Assembly (NCBI GenBank): GCA_963848635.1
Contig: CAWKEA010000005.1
Coordinates: 175,341-239,340, forward strand
Reading direction: 5' to 3'
DNA: 64,000 nucleotides
Source of the DNA: an uncultured bacterium
GTDB lineage: Bacteria > Patescibacteriota > Minisyncoccia > Phycocordibacterales > PALSA-1337
Notes under the pieces: model-generated
Seen by the model: the letters and a program-made list of their open reading frames with translations, nothing else
Told to the model about the DNA's origin: nothing
Databases searched by the model: none
In this document: piece by piece, positions 18,862 through 27,862 of the stretch
How positions within the stretch are numbered: the first letter of the stretch is position 1
Layout: each line of letters begins with the position of its first letter
Position numbers and translations under genes: made by a program

Positions 18862-19755
18862 ATGACGCCCGCAGAAACCATGCATACCATATTCGAGCTT
18901 CGAAAAACCGAATGGCCGGAGCTTTTACTGCAGATGAACGACCCGCCGAAGCGTCTCTACTGCATCGGCCAACAGCCGGCGCGGAAAGCCATATATCTGA
19001 CAGTCATCGGCTCTCGCACGCCGACGGATTATGGGCGCGATTGCGTGCATCGTCTCGTAACAGGGCTCGCGGGATATCCGATCATCATAGTTTCTGGCCT
19101 TGCCGTCGGCATCGATGGACTCGCCCACGAAGCGGCGCTCGAAGCTGGTTTGAAGACAGTCTCCTTCCCAGGCTCCGGATTGAATTGGGACGCCATCTAT
19201 CCGTCCCAGCATCGTGCTTTGGCCGATAGAATAATCAGTGCTGGCGGATGCCTTTTATCTGAATTCAAACATGAGCAAATGGGCACATATTGGTCGTTTC
19301 CCCAGCGCAACCGCCTCATGGCAGGCATCTCTCAAGCCACGCTCATAATAGAGGGCAAGTTGAAGAGCGGGAGCCTCATCACCACAAAACAGGCTTTCGA
19401 CTACAATCGATCCGTTTTAGCGGTGCCGGGTTCCATCGACAACCCTCTTTCCGCTGGGCCAAACATGCTCTTGCATACGCCTTCGGCTCTGGCTGTCAGT
19501 TCCCCGAAAGAGATACTGGAGGAGCTCGGCTTCGAGGCAGACGAATCAGCGCCGAGCATTTCCCCCGAGCGGCTGGCGGCTCTCGATCCGCTTTCGCGCC
19601 GGATAGTCGAGGCCCTCGAAAACAGGCCGACGAACAAAGATGATCTTTGTCGCGATCTCGGCATGCCGATGACAGAGCTCAATCCGCTCATTTCTTTCCT
19701 TGAAATAGACGGCCTCGTGAGGACAAACGGGAACATGGTGAGGAGAGTCCGCTAG
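18862..19755 (+). CDS. dprA: DNA-processing protein DprA/Smf
   Basis: VIGSR..T.YG, VSGLAVGIDG.AH, FPQRNRLMAG, SGSLIT, AVPG; C-terminal wHTH. Confidence 0.95.
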   Translation: MTPAETMHTIFELRKTEWPELLLQMNDPPKRLYCIGQQPARKAIYLTVIGSRTPTDYGRDCVHRLVTGLAGYPIIIVSGLAVGIDGLAHEAALEAGLKTVSFPGSGLNWDAIYPSQHRALADRIISAGGCLLSEFKHEQMGTYWSFPQRNRLMAGISQATLIIEGKLKSGSLITTKQAFDYNRSVLAVPGSIDNPLSAGPNMLLHTPSALAVSSPKEILEELGFEADESAPSISPERLAALDPLSRRIVEALENRPTNKDDLCRDLGMPMTELNPLISFLEIDGLVRTNGNMVRRVR

Positions 19756-19834
19756 AATTTTCAGACGATTTTTTTGCCGCCTGATTTGCCAAACAATCCG
19801 TCATCGTGCAATACTTACGCGCACAACTATATAT

Positions 19835-22165
19835 ATGAAGCTCGTCATCGTCGAAAGCCCGTCGAAAGCGAAAACGATCTCGAAATATCTCGGGAAGGAT
19901 TTTCGTGTGCTTGCATCCGTCGGCCATGTGCGCGACTTGCCAAAATCCAACAAGAAAGCCATCGACATCGAAAACGGCTTCGTGCCGCATTATGAAGTCG
20001 TGGCAAAGAAAGCCGACATCATCGCCGACATACGGAAAGAAGCGGCAAAAGCAGACGAGATCCTCATCGCTACCGACCCTGACCGTGAAGGCGAGGCCAT
20101 CGCATGGCACTTGCAGGAACTGCTGACGAATAAAAAAATCGGTGGCACAGTGCCAAAGAGTGAGATCAAGCGCATCACGTACCACGAAGTGACGAAAGAG
20201 GCCGTCGAAGAAGCTTTGAAGCATCCGCGCGCCATCGATGAGCACCTGCGCGAGGCACAGGAAGCGCGACGCGTGCTCGACCGGCTCGTCGGCTATGACT
20301 TGTCAGGCCTGATCTGGAAAAAAGTCCGCTACGGCCTCTCTGCGGGGCGCGTCCAATCGCCCGCTCTGCGCATCATCATGGAGCGCGAGCGCGAGATACG
20401 AGCCTTCAGACCGGAGGGCTATTGGACGATTGTCGGCAATTTCAAAACAGTTGGCAAGTCGAATCTGGCCCTGACCTGCGTCGAGGAACCCCGCGACAAA
20501 ACAGAGGTCGATCGAATACTTGATATCGCACGCCTGAATCCTTGGAAAATTTTAGACATAGAAGAGAGCGAACAGAAGCGCCAGCCGCGCGCGCCCTTCA
20601 TCACGTCCACCCTGCAACAGACCGCCAGCTCGCGGCTCGGCTTCTCGCCTTCTCGCACTATGGGCATCGCCCAAAAATTGTACGAGGCCGGATATATCAC
20701 CTATATGCGCACGGATTCGACGAACTTGAGCCAACAGGCTCTCGGAGCGATCGCGACGACCGTGGAAAAGATGTACGGAAAAGAATACCTCCAGTTCCGC
20801 ACGTACTCCGCAAAGAGCAAGAATGCCCAGGAAGCGCACGAGGCCATCCGTCCATCTCATTTCGAAAAAGAATCAGCGGGCGCTAACGATGAGCAGAAAA
20901 GACTCTATCGGCTCATCTGGGCCCGCACCGTCACTTCGCAGATGACCGATGCGCGCGTGGCAAGGACAAAGATAGTGGCGAATGTGGAGGGAGTCAACAA
21001 AGGGCACAAGGCAAAGGGTAAAAGTGAGGAGACAAAAAGCGAAGCGATCGGAAGAGATCGAGGGGATATCCCCAACTTCACCGCCACCGGCTCACGCATC
21101 ATCTATGACGGCTGGCTCAGGGCCGACCCAGAATCGACCGGCGAAGAGGTCAATCTGCCGAAATGCGCAAAGGACGAGAAGCTCGATCTGGTCTCGATCG
21201 ATTCAGAGGCCAAACAAACCCAGCCGCCAGCCCGCTACACAGAAGCAGGCCTCATCAAAGAGCTCGAAAAGCGCGGCATAGGACGTCCTTCGACGTATGC
21301 TTCGATCACACGGACGATCGAGGAGCGCGGCTATGTCGAAAAAGAGGGGCGCTCGCTCAAGCCGACCGATACCGGCGACGTCGTCTCTTCTTTTCTTGAA
21401 GAGAATTTCCCTTCGTACATCAGCGACACGTTCACCGCGGAAATGGAGAACGAGCTCGATGAGATCGCCACAGGCGAACGCACGTATCTTAAGACCTTGT
21501 CCGATTTTTACGGTCCTTTCAACAAAGAAGTCAAGGCAAAGGACAAGCTCGCAAAAGCTACGAACCTCGGACACGCCGATCCGAAATTCAAATGCCCGAA
21601 ATGCGGCAGTCCGATGGAGATAAAGCTCGGCCGCGGCGGCAAATTCTTGTCCTGCTCGCGCTATCCCGATTGCGATGGAGCCCTTTCTATCGACGGCATG
21701 GAATACAAAAAAGACGAACCGATCGGCACGGATCCGACGACTGGCCTGCCGATCTTCGTGTTGAATGGACGATTCGGCCCCTATGTCCAGCTCGGCGTCA
21801 AATTGCCAAAGGAAAAGAAGACAAAGAAGCCAAGAAAAACGAAACGTGCAAAAGAAGCTTCTGCGCCAGCGCCTGCAAAGCCGCGAATGGCCTCGATCCC
21901 AAAGACCGTCGATCCATCCAAGGTTACCGTGGCAGAAGCCTTGAGATATCTTTCCTTGCCGCGCATCCTCGGAACCGATCCCTCGACTGGCAAAGAGATA
22001 AAAGTCTCCATCGGCAGATTCGGGCCGTATGTCGTGCGCGACAACGATTTCCGTTCCATCAAGCCGCCGGAAAATCCCTACGACATAACCCTTGAAATAG
22101 CCCTCGAGCTTCTCGCACAAGAGAAAAAACAGCGCGGTTTCGCAAAGAAAAAGAAGGCTGAATGA
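19835..22165 (+). CDS. topA: DNA topoisomerase I
   Basis: LVIVESPSKAKTI, ATDPDREGEAI, SAGRVQS, ITYMRTDS, zinc ribbon and Toprim C repeats (GRFGPY). Confidence 0.98.
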   Translation: MKLVIVESPSKAKTISKYLGKDFRVLASVGHVRDLPKSNKKAIDIENGFVPHYEVVAKKADIIADIRKEAAKADEILIATDPDREGEAIAWHLQELLTNKKIGGTVPKSEIKRITYHEVTKEAVEEALKHPRAIDEHLREAQEARRVLDRLVGYDLSGLIWKKVRYGLSAGRVQSPALRIIMEREREIRAFRPEGYWTIVGNFKTVGKSNLALTCVEEPRDKTEVDRILDIARLNPWKILDIEESEQKRQPRAPFITSTLQQTASSRLGFSPSRTMGIAQKLYEAGYITYMRTDSTNLSQQALGAIATTVEKMYGKEYLQFRTYSAKSKNAQEAHEAIRPSHFEKESAGANDEQKRLYRLIWARTVTSQMTDARVARTKIVANVEGVNKGHKAKGKSEETKSEAIGRDRGDIPNFTATGSRIIYDGWLRADPESTGEEVNLPKCAKDEKLDLVSIDSEAKQTQPPARYTEAGLIKELEKRGIGRPSTYASITRTIEERGYVEKEGRSLKPTDTGDVVSSFLEENFPSYISDTFTAEMENELDEIATGERTYLKTLSDFYGPFNKEVKAKDKLAKATNLGHADPKFKCPKCGSPMEIKLGRGGKFLSCSRYPDCDGALSIDGMEYKKDEPIGTDPTTGLPIFVLNGRFGPYVQLGVKLPKEKKTKKPRKTKRAKEASAPAPAKPRMASIPKTVDPSKVTVAEALRYLSLPRILGTDPSTGKEIKVSIGRFGPYVVRDNDFRSIKPPENPYDITLEIALELLAQEKKQRGFAKKKKAE

Positions 22166-22238
22166 ATTACTCTCACCGCACGCGGTGAGAAATTGTATCG
22201 ATTGAAAGCCTCTGGTGCGACAGAATTTTAGCGCGAGA

Positions 22239-23213
22239 TTATAACGAAAAATCTTTCAGGGAGTACAGATCTGAATTGTCATCCTTGTCCTTTTCTTCGG
22301 GCGAACGGTCGTCTATCGGCGCGGAATCTGCTTGGAGAACAGCATTTCCAGGAGCATGCAGAGACTCCGCGGCGCCCCCTTTGCCCTTGTTCAAAAGCTC
22401 GAGTATGCCCCGCACATCGGCATTCGAGAAGAAGTCGATCATGATCTTGCCGCCCTTCTCCCTTTTTTCAATATAGACCTTTGTGCCGAGCGATCCTGCA
22501 AGCATATTCTCGAGCTCCTCGAGCTCCGGATCGTTCTTGTCTTTCTTGCGGGCACGGTCCTGGGCGATGCGGCGAGCGAACATCTCGGCTTCGCGCACAT
22601 TTATCTTGTTCGTCTGGATCTCCTTGAAGAGGACCATCTGCTCTTCGGGCCTGTCGACGAGCATGAGGAGTGGCCTCGTGTGGCCTTCCGACATCTTGCC
22701 CGCCGAGACAGCGTCGAGCATCTCCGCGGGCAACGCCAGGATGCGCAAGGTGTTCGAGACATATTCGCGGCTCTTGCCTATCTTTTCGGCGACTTGGACA
22801 TGCTTCATGCCGAATTCTTTTATCAGACGGTCAAAGGCTCGCGCGCGGTCGACGGCGTTGATGTCCTCGCGCTGGAGGTTCTCGATGATGGCGAGCTCGA
22901 GCTTGATCCTGTCTGAATCTTCGGAGGTGCGGACAAGCGCCGGAACGCGGGCGAGACCGGCGATCTTTGAAGCGCGCAGGCGGCGCTCACCTGAAATCAA
23001 TTCATAGCTGACAATAAGCCCGTCCTCATGCGGCGTCTCCTGGCGCGTGACGACGAGCGGCTGGAGGATTCCGTACATGCGTATCGATTCGGAAAGGTCT
23101 TTCAGTTTGGCCTCATCGAATTCGCGGCGCGGCTGGAAAGGATTCGGCTGGATCTTTTCGACTTCTATCCAAAAGATAGAGTCGGCGAAGTACTTGTTCT
23201 GGGGGTTTTGCAT
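22239..23213 (-). CDS. parB: ParB/Spo0J family partition protein
   Basis: PNPFQPRREF, GILQPLVV, GERRLRAS, ENLQRED. Confidence 0.95.
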   Translation of the reverse strand: MQNPQNKYFADSIFWIEVEKIQPNPFQPRREFDEAKLKDLSESIRMYGILQPLVVTRQETPHEDGLIVSYELISGERRLRASKIAGLARVPALVRTSEDSDRIKLELAIIENLQREDINAVDRARAFDRLIKEFGMKHVQVAEKIGKSREYVSNTLRILALPAEMLDAVSAGKMSEGHTRPLLMLVDRPEEQMVLFKEIQTNKINVREAEMFARRIAQDRARKKDKNDPELEELENMLAGSLGTKVYIEKREKGGKIMIDFFSNADVRGILELLNKGKGGAAESLHAPGNAVLQADSAPIDDRSPEEKDKDDNSDLYSLKDFSL

Positions 23214-23595
23214 GGTATGATTATATCAAAGGACATTGATTATGAACAATGAAAAGAAAAAGACGGTGAAAATCATGTTGCCGCCTCCTAAAAAAGGCAG
23301 ACAATTGAACATTGGGTTTACGTTATGGAAGCATAATGTAATCAATCCTCAAATCAAAGGACAACGTTTATGAAAAGGAAAATCACATTTCTGTGTTTGA
23401 TCAATCCGGTTCGCAAGCCTTGGTGGGTTCCTCTCGCCATACTTGCTTCCAGTATAATTATAAGCACAATACTCACTCTTGTGCCGTCACCTCATTGGTT
23501 CAGATAAGCGAGAAAAATTCAAAGCCGCACCCACTGTGCGGCCTTTTTCTTGATTTTCTTGCAAAAAAAGACTATCCTTGAACGGTCAAGCAAGC

Positions 23596-23677
23596 GCCGG
23601 GATGGCGGAATTGGTAGACGCACACGACTCAAAATCGTGCGGAGCAATCCATGGGAGTTCGATTCTCCCTCCCGGCA
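23596..23677 (+). tRNA. tRNA-Leu (CAA)
   Basis: GCCGGGATGGCGGAATTGGTAGACGC...CTCAAAA...GTTCGATTC...CCCGGCA with long variable arm. Confidence 0.93.
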
Positions 23678-24021
23678 CATTATTTAACCACATACAGAGC
23701 ATTGCATAGCAATGCGGAGCGAGAATCGAAAGCCGGAGCAATGTTCCGAGCAGCAGCGAGGAACTGCGAGGCGTGGTCACGGAAATTTTCGAGCGACGGC
23801 GAGAAAATTATCTGTGACCGATTCTCCCTCCCGGCACATTGTTTAACCACATACAGAGCATTGCATAGCAATGCGGAGCGAGAATCGAAAGCCGGAGCAA
23901 TGTTCCGAGCAGCAGCGAGGAACTGCGAGGCGTGGTCACGGAAATTTTCGAGCGACGGCGAGAAAATTATCTGTGACCGATTCTCCCTCCCGGCACAATA
24001 TATGACCACATACAGAGCATT
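23661..24021 (+). repeat. tRNA-linked tandem repeat, 159-bp period, each unit beginning with the tRNA-Leu 3' end
   Basis: GATTCTCCCTCCCGGCAC at 23661, 23820, 23979; first two units nearly identical. Confidence 0.92.
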
Positions 24022-24151
24022 GTGATGACGACACGGCAAGATGATCGAAAGTCGGAACACGCCAGGCCAAGCACGACGAGCCTGCGAGACAAGCGATCGG
24101 ATAAACAAAAAAGAATAAACTCTGGAAAAATTCCGAGCGGCAGTGACACAG

Positions 24152-24184
24152 CAAAAACCGCCCGAAGCCCTCGGGCAGTTTTTG
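24152..24184. terminator. Probable bidirectional intrinsic terminator
   Basis: AAAAACCGCCCGA-AGCCC-TCGGGCAGTTTTT. Confidence 0.65.
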
Positions 24185-24190
24185 AGCGGA

Positions 24191-24271
24191 TCACTTTTTG
24201 ACGGCGCATCCACAGCTACATGTTCCGTCTTTTTCCTTGTGCTCGTGGCCGCAGGTTGGGCATGTTTTCAT
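24191..24271 (-). CDS. 26-aa Cys/His-rich peptide (metallothionein- or zinc-ribbon-like), below ORF-track cutoff
   Basis: MKTCPTCGHEHKEKDGTCSCGCAVKK*, directly followed by a terminator hairpin. Confidence 0.6.
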   Translation of the reverse strand: MKTCPTCGHEHKEKDGTCSCGCAVKK

Positions 24272-24459
24272 ATGATATATAAAATTGCCTGATAAATTCG
24301 ACCCCGTGACGGCAGGCAGACGCTATAATACGGGTATGCCGATTAAAGCGATGCTCGACAACGTGATAAAAAAATTGCGTTGTATTGTTCAACGGCACGG
24401 TCAAAATGCATTGAAAAGAAAAACCGCCATGCGACGCACAGCGGCTGATATTTTGAAAG

Positions 24460-24532
24460 TGGACCCTACAGGTCTCGAACCTGCCACCTCCTCATTGCAA
24501 ATGAGGCGCTCTACCAGATGAGCTAAGGGCCC
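24460..24532 (-). tRNA. tRNA-Ala (TGC)
   Basis: Reverse complement GGGCCCTTAGCTCATCTGGTAGAGCGCCTCATTTGCAATGAGG...GTTCGAG...GGTCCA. Confidence 0.93.
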
Positions 24533-24620
24533 TTTTATCGCAGACAGTACAGCTTACCTTGAAACGGCTATTTCTTCAAATTTTTTGGCGTCTTATCGAT
24601 AAACGACTGCTTTTACTGAA

Positions 24621-25640
24621 CTAAGCGACTGTTAAATCGATCAGGTGTTCGACAAGCTCCTTGACGGACGAACCGACTGCATTGAGCGCCTTTGGCACCA
24701 GCGATCCATCGGTCAGTCCCGGCAAAGAATTGGTTTCGAGCACGAAAATGCCGCGGCGGGGCGAGACGATGAAATCGGAGCGCGAATACTGCGAGAGCCC
24801 GAGGGCTGTATGCGCGATGATGGCGAGGCGCTCGAGCTCTTTTTTAATTGAAGAGGAAAACGTCGCAGGAACGATCTCTTGCGCCGCTTGACGAACGACT
24901 GCAGAAGCATCTTGTACGGATACATCGTTCTCGCCGCCATATTTATCGACATAGCCGAAGATATGCCCCTCGCTTTTGCGTATCTCGATCGGCGGCAAGG
25001 CATACATATCCTGGCCGCGGAAGCCTTTGATGACGCCGACGGTCGCTTCGATGCCGGGAATGAATTCTTCTATGATGACCGAGCCATGCTTTTTAAGAAT
25101 ATCTCTCAAGGCGCCCGCGAACTCCGCCCTGTCCGTCACGAGCGCGACGCCGAGAGACGAGCCTCCAGAAGCTGGCTTGATGACATAGGGCAAGGAGAAC
25201 TTTGAATGGACAAGAGCGAGAATCTTAGCAATATCGGGTTCTTTATCATCCGCCTTTTGAACGAGAACATGCAGAGGTGTTTTCAAACCTTCGCGCCGAT
25301 AGACTTCTTTGGCGACGTGCTTGGCCATCGTCATGGCAGATGAAAGCGAATCAGAACCGGTAAAAGGGATGCCGTGCGTCTCGAATAACTGCTGTATCTT
25401 GCCGTCTTCGCCATACGATCCGTGCAAAGCGTTGAAAACAGCATCGGCTCGCCGCAAAGCTGAATATGGCTTCACTTCAACGCCTTGAATATGCCAAGCA
25501 CCGCTCTTCGATATGTGGATATCCAATGGATCATACTTTTCCTTGTTTAAAGCGAGGAGCACTGCCGTGCCGGTTTTGAGCGATATATCATATTCGTCGC
25601 TCGGGCCGCCGCGCACCACGCCGATTCGAGTCTTTGTCAT
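24621..25640 (-). CDS. ddl: D-alanine--D-alanine ligase
   Basis: GGPSDEYDISLKTG, LHGSYGEDG, KPASGGSSLG, LETNSLPGLT. Confidence 0.95.
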   Translation of the reverse strand: MTKTRIGVVRGGPSDEYDISLKTGTAVLLALNKEKYDPLDIHISKSGAWHIQGVEVKPYSALRRADAVFNALHGSYGEDGKIQQLFETHGIPFTGSDSLSSAMTMAKHVAKEVYRREGLKTPLHVLVQKADDKEPDIAKILALVHSKFSLPYVIKPASGGSSLGVALVTDRAEFAGALRDILKKHGSVIIEEFIPGIEATVGVIKGFRGQDMYALPPIEIRKSEGHIFGYVDKYGGENDVSVQDASAVVRQAAQEIVPATFSSSIKKELERLAIIAHTALGLSQYSRSDFIVSPRRGIFVLETNSLPGLTDGSLVPKALNAVGSSVKELVEHLIDLTVA

Positions 25641-25958
25641 GCGATAATTGTAGCAATTTTCTGAACAATTAAAAAGGCGATCTTTAAAAAGAGGCTGATA
25701 TCTGCAAAAACTTCTAAAAAGGAAAAGATACGAATTGTGTCCGACCCACCTTGCACTGCCTCATTTTGGTGATAATTCTAGTTGCGATTTAATCGCATCT
25801 AGATTGCGAATGTTAGCCGTGTAATTAAAAACAGTTGCGACTGAGTCGCAACTAAAAATAATCGAAAAACAACCTCCTCCCCGCAGTTCCTGCGGGGTTT
25901 CCTGGAAAAGAAAAACCGCCCGACACATATGAGTGTAGGGCGGCGTCGAGATTGTGCG

Positions 25959-26366
25959 CTAGCGCTTATTTGCGACGTGAACGAAGTAGCCGTTCGTTAT
26001 AGACAGCTCTCGAGCAGCTTTTATGATGACCCAGCTATCAGACCAATTGCCGTAACTGCCATCCATATACGTATAAACGTTGACGATCGGTTGGTTCGTA
26101 GCTGTCTCGTTCTGGATGAACGATGAGAGCTCGCCATTTGCATTCGTGTGTGCGTCGCTGATGTAATACCACCCGTCTGTCAGATGGACAGGTTCACTTG
26201 AGTTGATCCCCTTTTCGGCGATGACGTGAAGCATGGCAGTCAAAGGATCTCCAGCTGTCAGCTGTGCCTCTTCGACATGAGGAATCAGTAAGGCGGCAGT
26301 TATTGAGATTAAGGCAATCACGATCAACAATTCGCTAAATGAGAATCCGCCATTTTTCGTCTTCAT
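25959..26366 (-). CDS. Type IV pilin-like protein with N-terminal methylation motif
   Basis: KNGGFSFSELLIVIALISI. Confidence 0.75.
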   Translation of the reverse strand: MKTKNGGFSFSELLIVIALISITAALLIPHVEEAQLTAGDPLTAMLHVIAEKGINSSEPVHLTDGWYYISDAHTNANGELSSFIQNETATNQPIVNVYTYMDGSYGNWSDSWVIIKAARELSITNGYFVHVANKR

Positions 26367-26498
26367 AAGTTCCTTTCAATGTTCGTGTCATTCGAAGCTC
26401 TGTTGAGCGGTTGGAGGTGGAGTGACGCACCTTTACTTTAACTTATAATATAATACATATTCATAGTATATATGTCAAGATGCCGTCAATTTCGATTT

Positions 26499-27860
26499 TC
26501 ATTTTAAAAAATTCCTCTTACGAAGGTTCTTGTGATAGAGAACGGCAAAACGATGCGCTTCGCTGTTGGCAAGGATGATCGCGCGTTTGTAGCCAGCGAG
26601 CAGAGCCGGATTCTTGGCAGTCAACGATTCATCGGCAAGGATGCCGCGTGCCTTATGCTTGTCGTCCTTGACCAAGGCGACCGCCATGATGTCTGATTTG
26701 AGCTCCGACAGGACTTTCTGGGCAACATTGAGCTGGATCTGGCCTCCATCGACGACGATAAGCGACGGGTACGGCCACTCTGGATGGCCGAGGCGGCGCA
26801 AGAGCACTTCGCGGAGGGCCGCCGCGTCGTCGTTCTTTTCCTTTGATATCTTGAACTTCCGATACTCATTCTTGTTCGGCTCGCCTCCTTCGACAACCGT
26901 CATGACGCCGACGACGTTCTTGCCGGAGAGATGCGCGATATCGTAGGCTTCGATGCGGAACCGGCCGTGATTGCCCGCCAAACCTGCAGTCCTGTCGTCT
27001 TTTATGAGAGCGACATCCTCGATGTGCTCGAGCGCGTAAATAGTATGTTTGACCTTGTCTGCCTTCTCGAATTCCTGATCTTTTGCGTGCGCCATCATCT
27101 CCTTTTTCAGATTTTTGACGATCATCGCCTTCTTGCCGTCGAGAAACAGCCTGATATTCTTGATCGTCTTTAGATACTCGTCGTGCGAAGCAGAGCCGCC
27201 AAGGATGGGAGAAAGGCCGATCGAAGCATAGAACGAGCGATGCTTGGGGTCGAGGGACTTCTCGTCGAGATAGGGAAAGATGCGGCGGATGATCTTGAGG
27301 GCGTCGCGCAAAAGACCACCTGCGGGATAGGGGCCGAAGACCTTTGGCCTAAGGTTCGAGCTTCGCGACGGAAGAGTCTCAGGAGCACGAACAATTTCCT
27401 GCTGGAAATTTTCTCCCACTCGCGCCGTCGAGGCTCTAAGGCTCCTTCGATCTCTTCCGATCGCTTCGCTCTCAACTTTTCTTGATTTCTCAAGGTTCCT
27501 TCCCCGTTCAACGATCACGCGCGGCCATTCTTCGCCGGTGATGACGATATAGTTCCAGCTTTTGTCGTCTTTCTCGTCGGTGTTGTACTTCGGCTGGTAT
27601 TTCTTTATCAGATTGGCTTCAAGGATTATCGCCTCGAGGACAGAATCGGTCTTTTCAAAAGCGACTGTTTTGGCGCGCGTGACCATATCGACGATGCGCG
27701 ACCCGCGGGTGCTTATGACGTCGTCGCTGAAATAGCTCCGGACACGGCTGCGCAATGACGTGGCGCGGCCGATATACAGAGTCCTTCCTTTTGAATCCTT
27801 GAAGAAATAGACGCCCGGGACATCGGGCAGATTCAGTTTTCGCAATCCTCGGATTTTCAT
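26499..27860 (-). CDS. uvrC: Excinuclease ABC subunit C (short form) with about 45-aa insertion
   Basis: GIY-YIG (PGVYFF...LYIGRA..LRSRVRSYF), UVR domain, RIEAYDIAH, VVDGG. Confidence 0.93.
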   Translation of the reverse strand: MKIRGLRKLNLPDVPGVYFFKDSKGRTLYIGRATSLRSRVRSYFSDDVISTRGSRIVDMVTRAKTVAFEKTDSVLEAIILEANLIKKYQPKYNTDEKDDKSWNYIVITGEEWPRVIVERGRNLEKSRKVESEAIGRDRRSLRASTARVGENFQQEIVRAPETLPSRSSNLRPKVFGPYPAGGLLRDALKIIRRIFPYLDEKSLDPKHRSFYASIGLSPILGGSASHDEYLKTIKNIRLFLDGKKAMIVKNLKKEMMAHAKDQEFEKADKVKHTIYALEHIEDVALIKDDRTAGLAGNHGRFRIEAYDIAHLSGKNVVGVMTVVEGGEPNKNEYRKFKISKEKNDDAAALREVLLRRLGHPEWPYPSLIVVDGGQIQLNVAQKVLSELKSDIMAVALVKDDKHKARGILADESLTAKNPALLAGYKRAIILANSEAHRFAVLYHKNLRKRNFLK

Positions 27861-27862
27861 GG

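Noticed and set aside
23661-24021. Possible CRISPR array
   Set aside because: The repeats are tRNA 3' ends, the intervening 140-bp sequences are near-identical rather than unique spacers, and no cas genes are present.
23651-24213. ORFs with internal repeats overlapping the tRNA-Leu array
   Set aside because: By-products of the 159-bp (multiple of 3) repeat; they overlap the tRNA.
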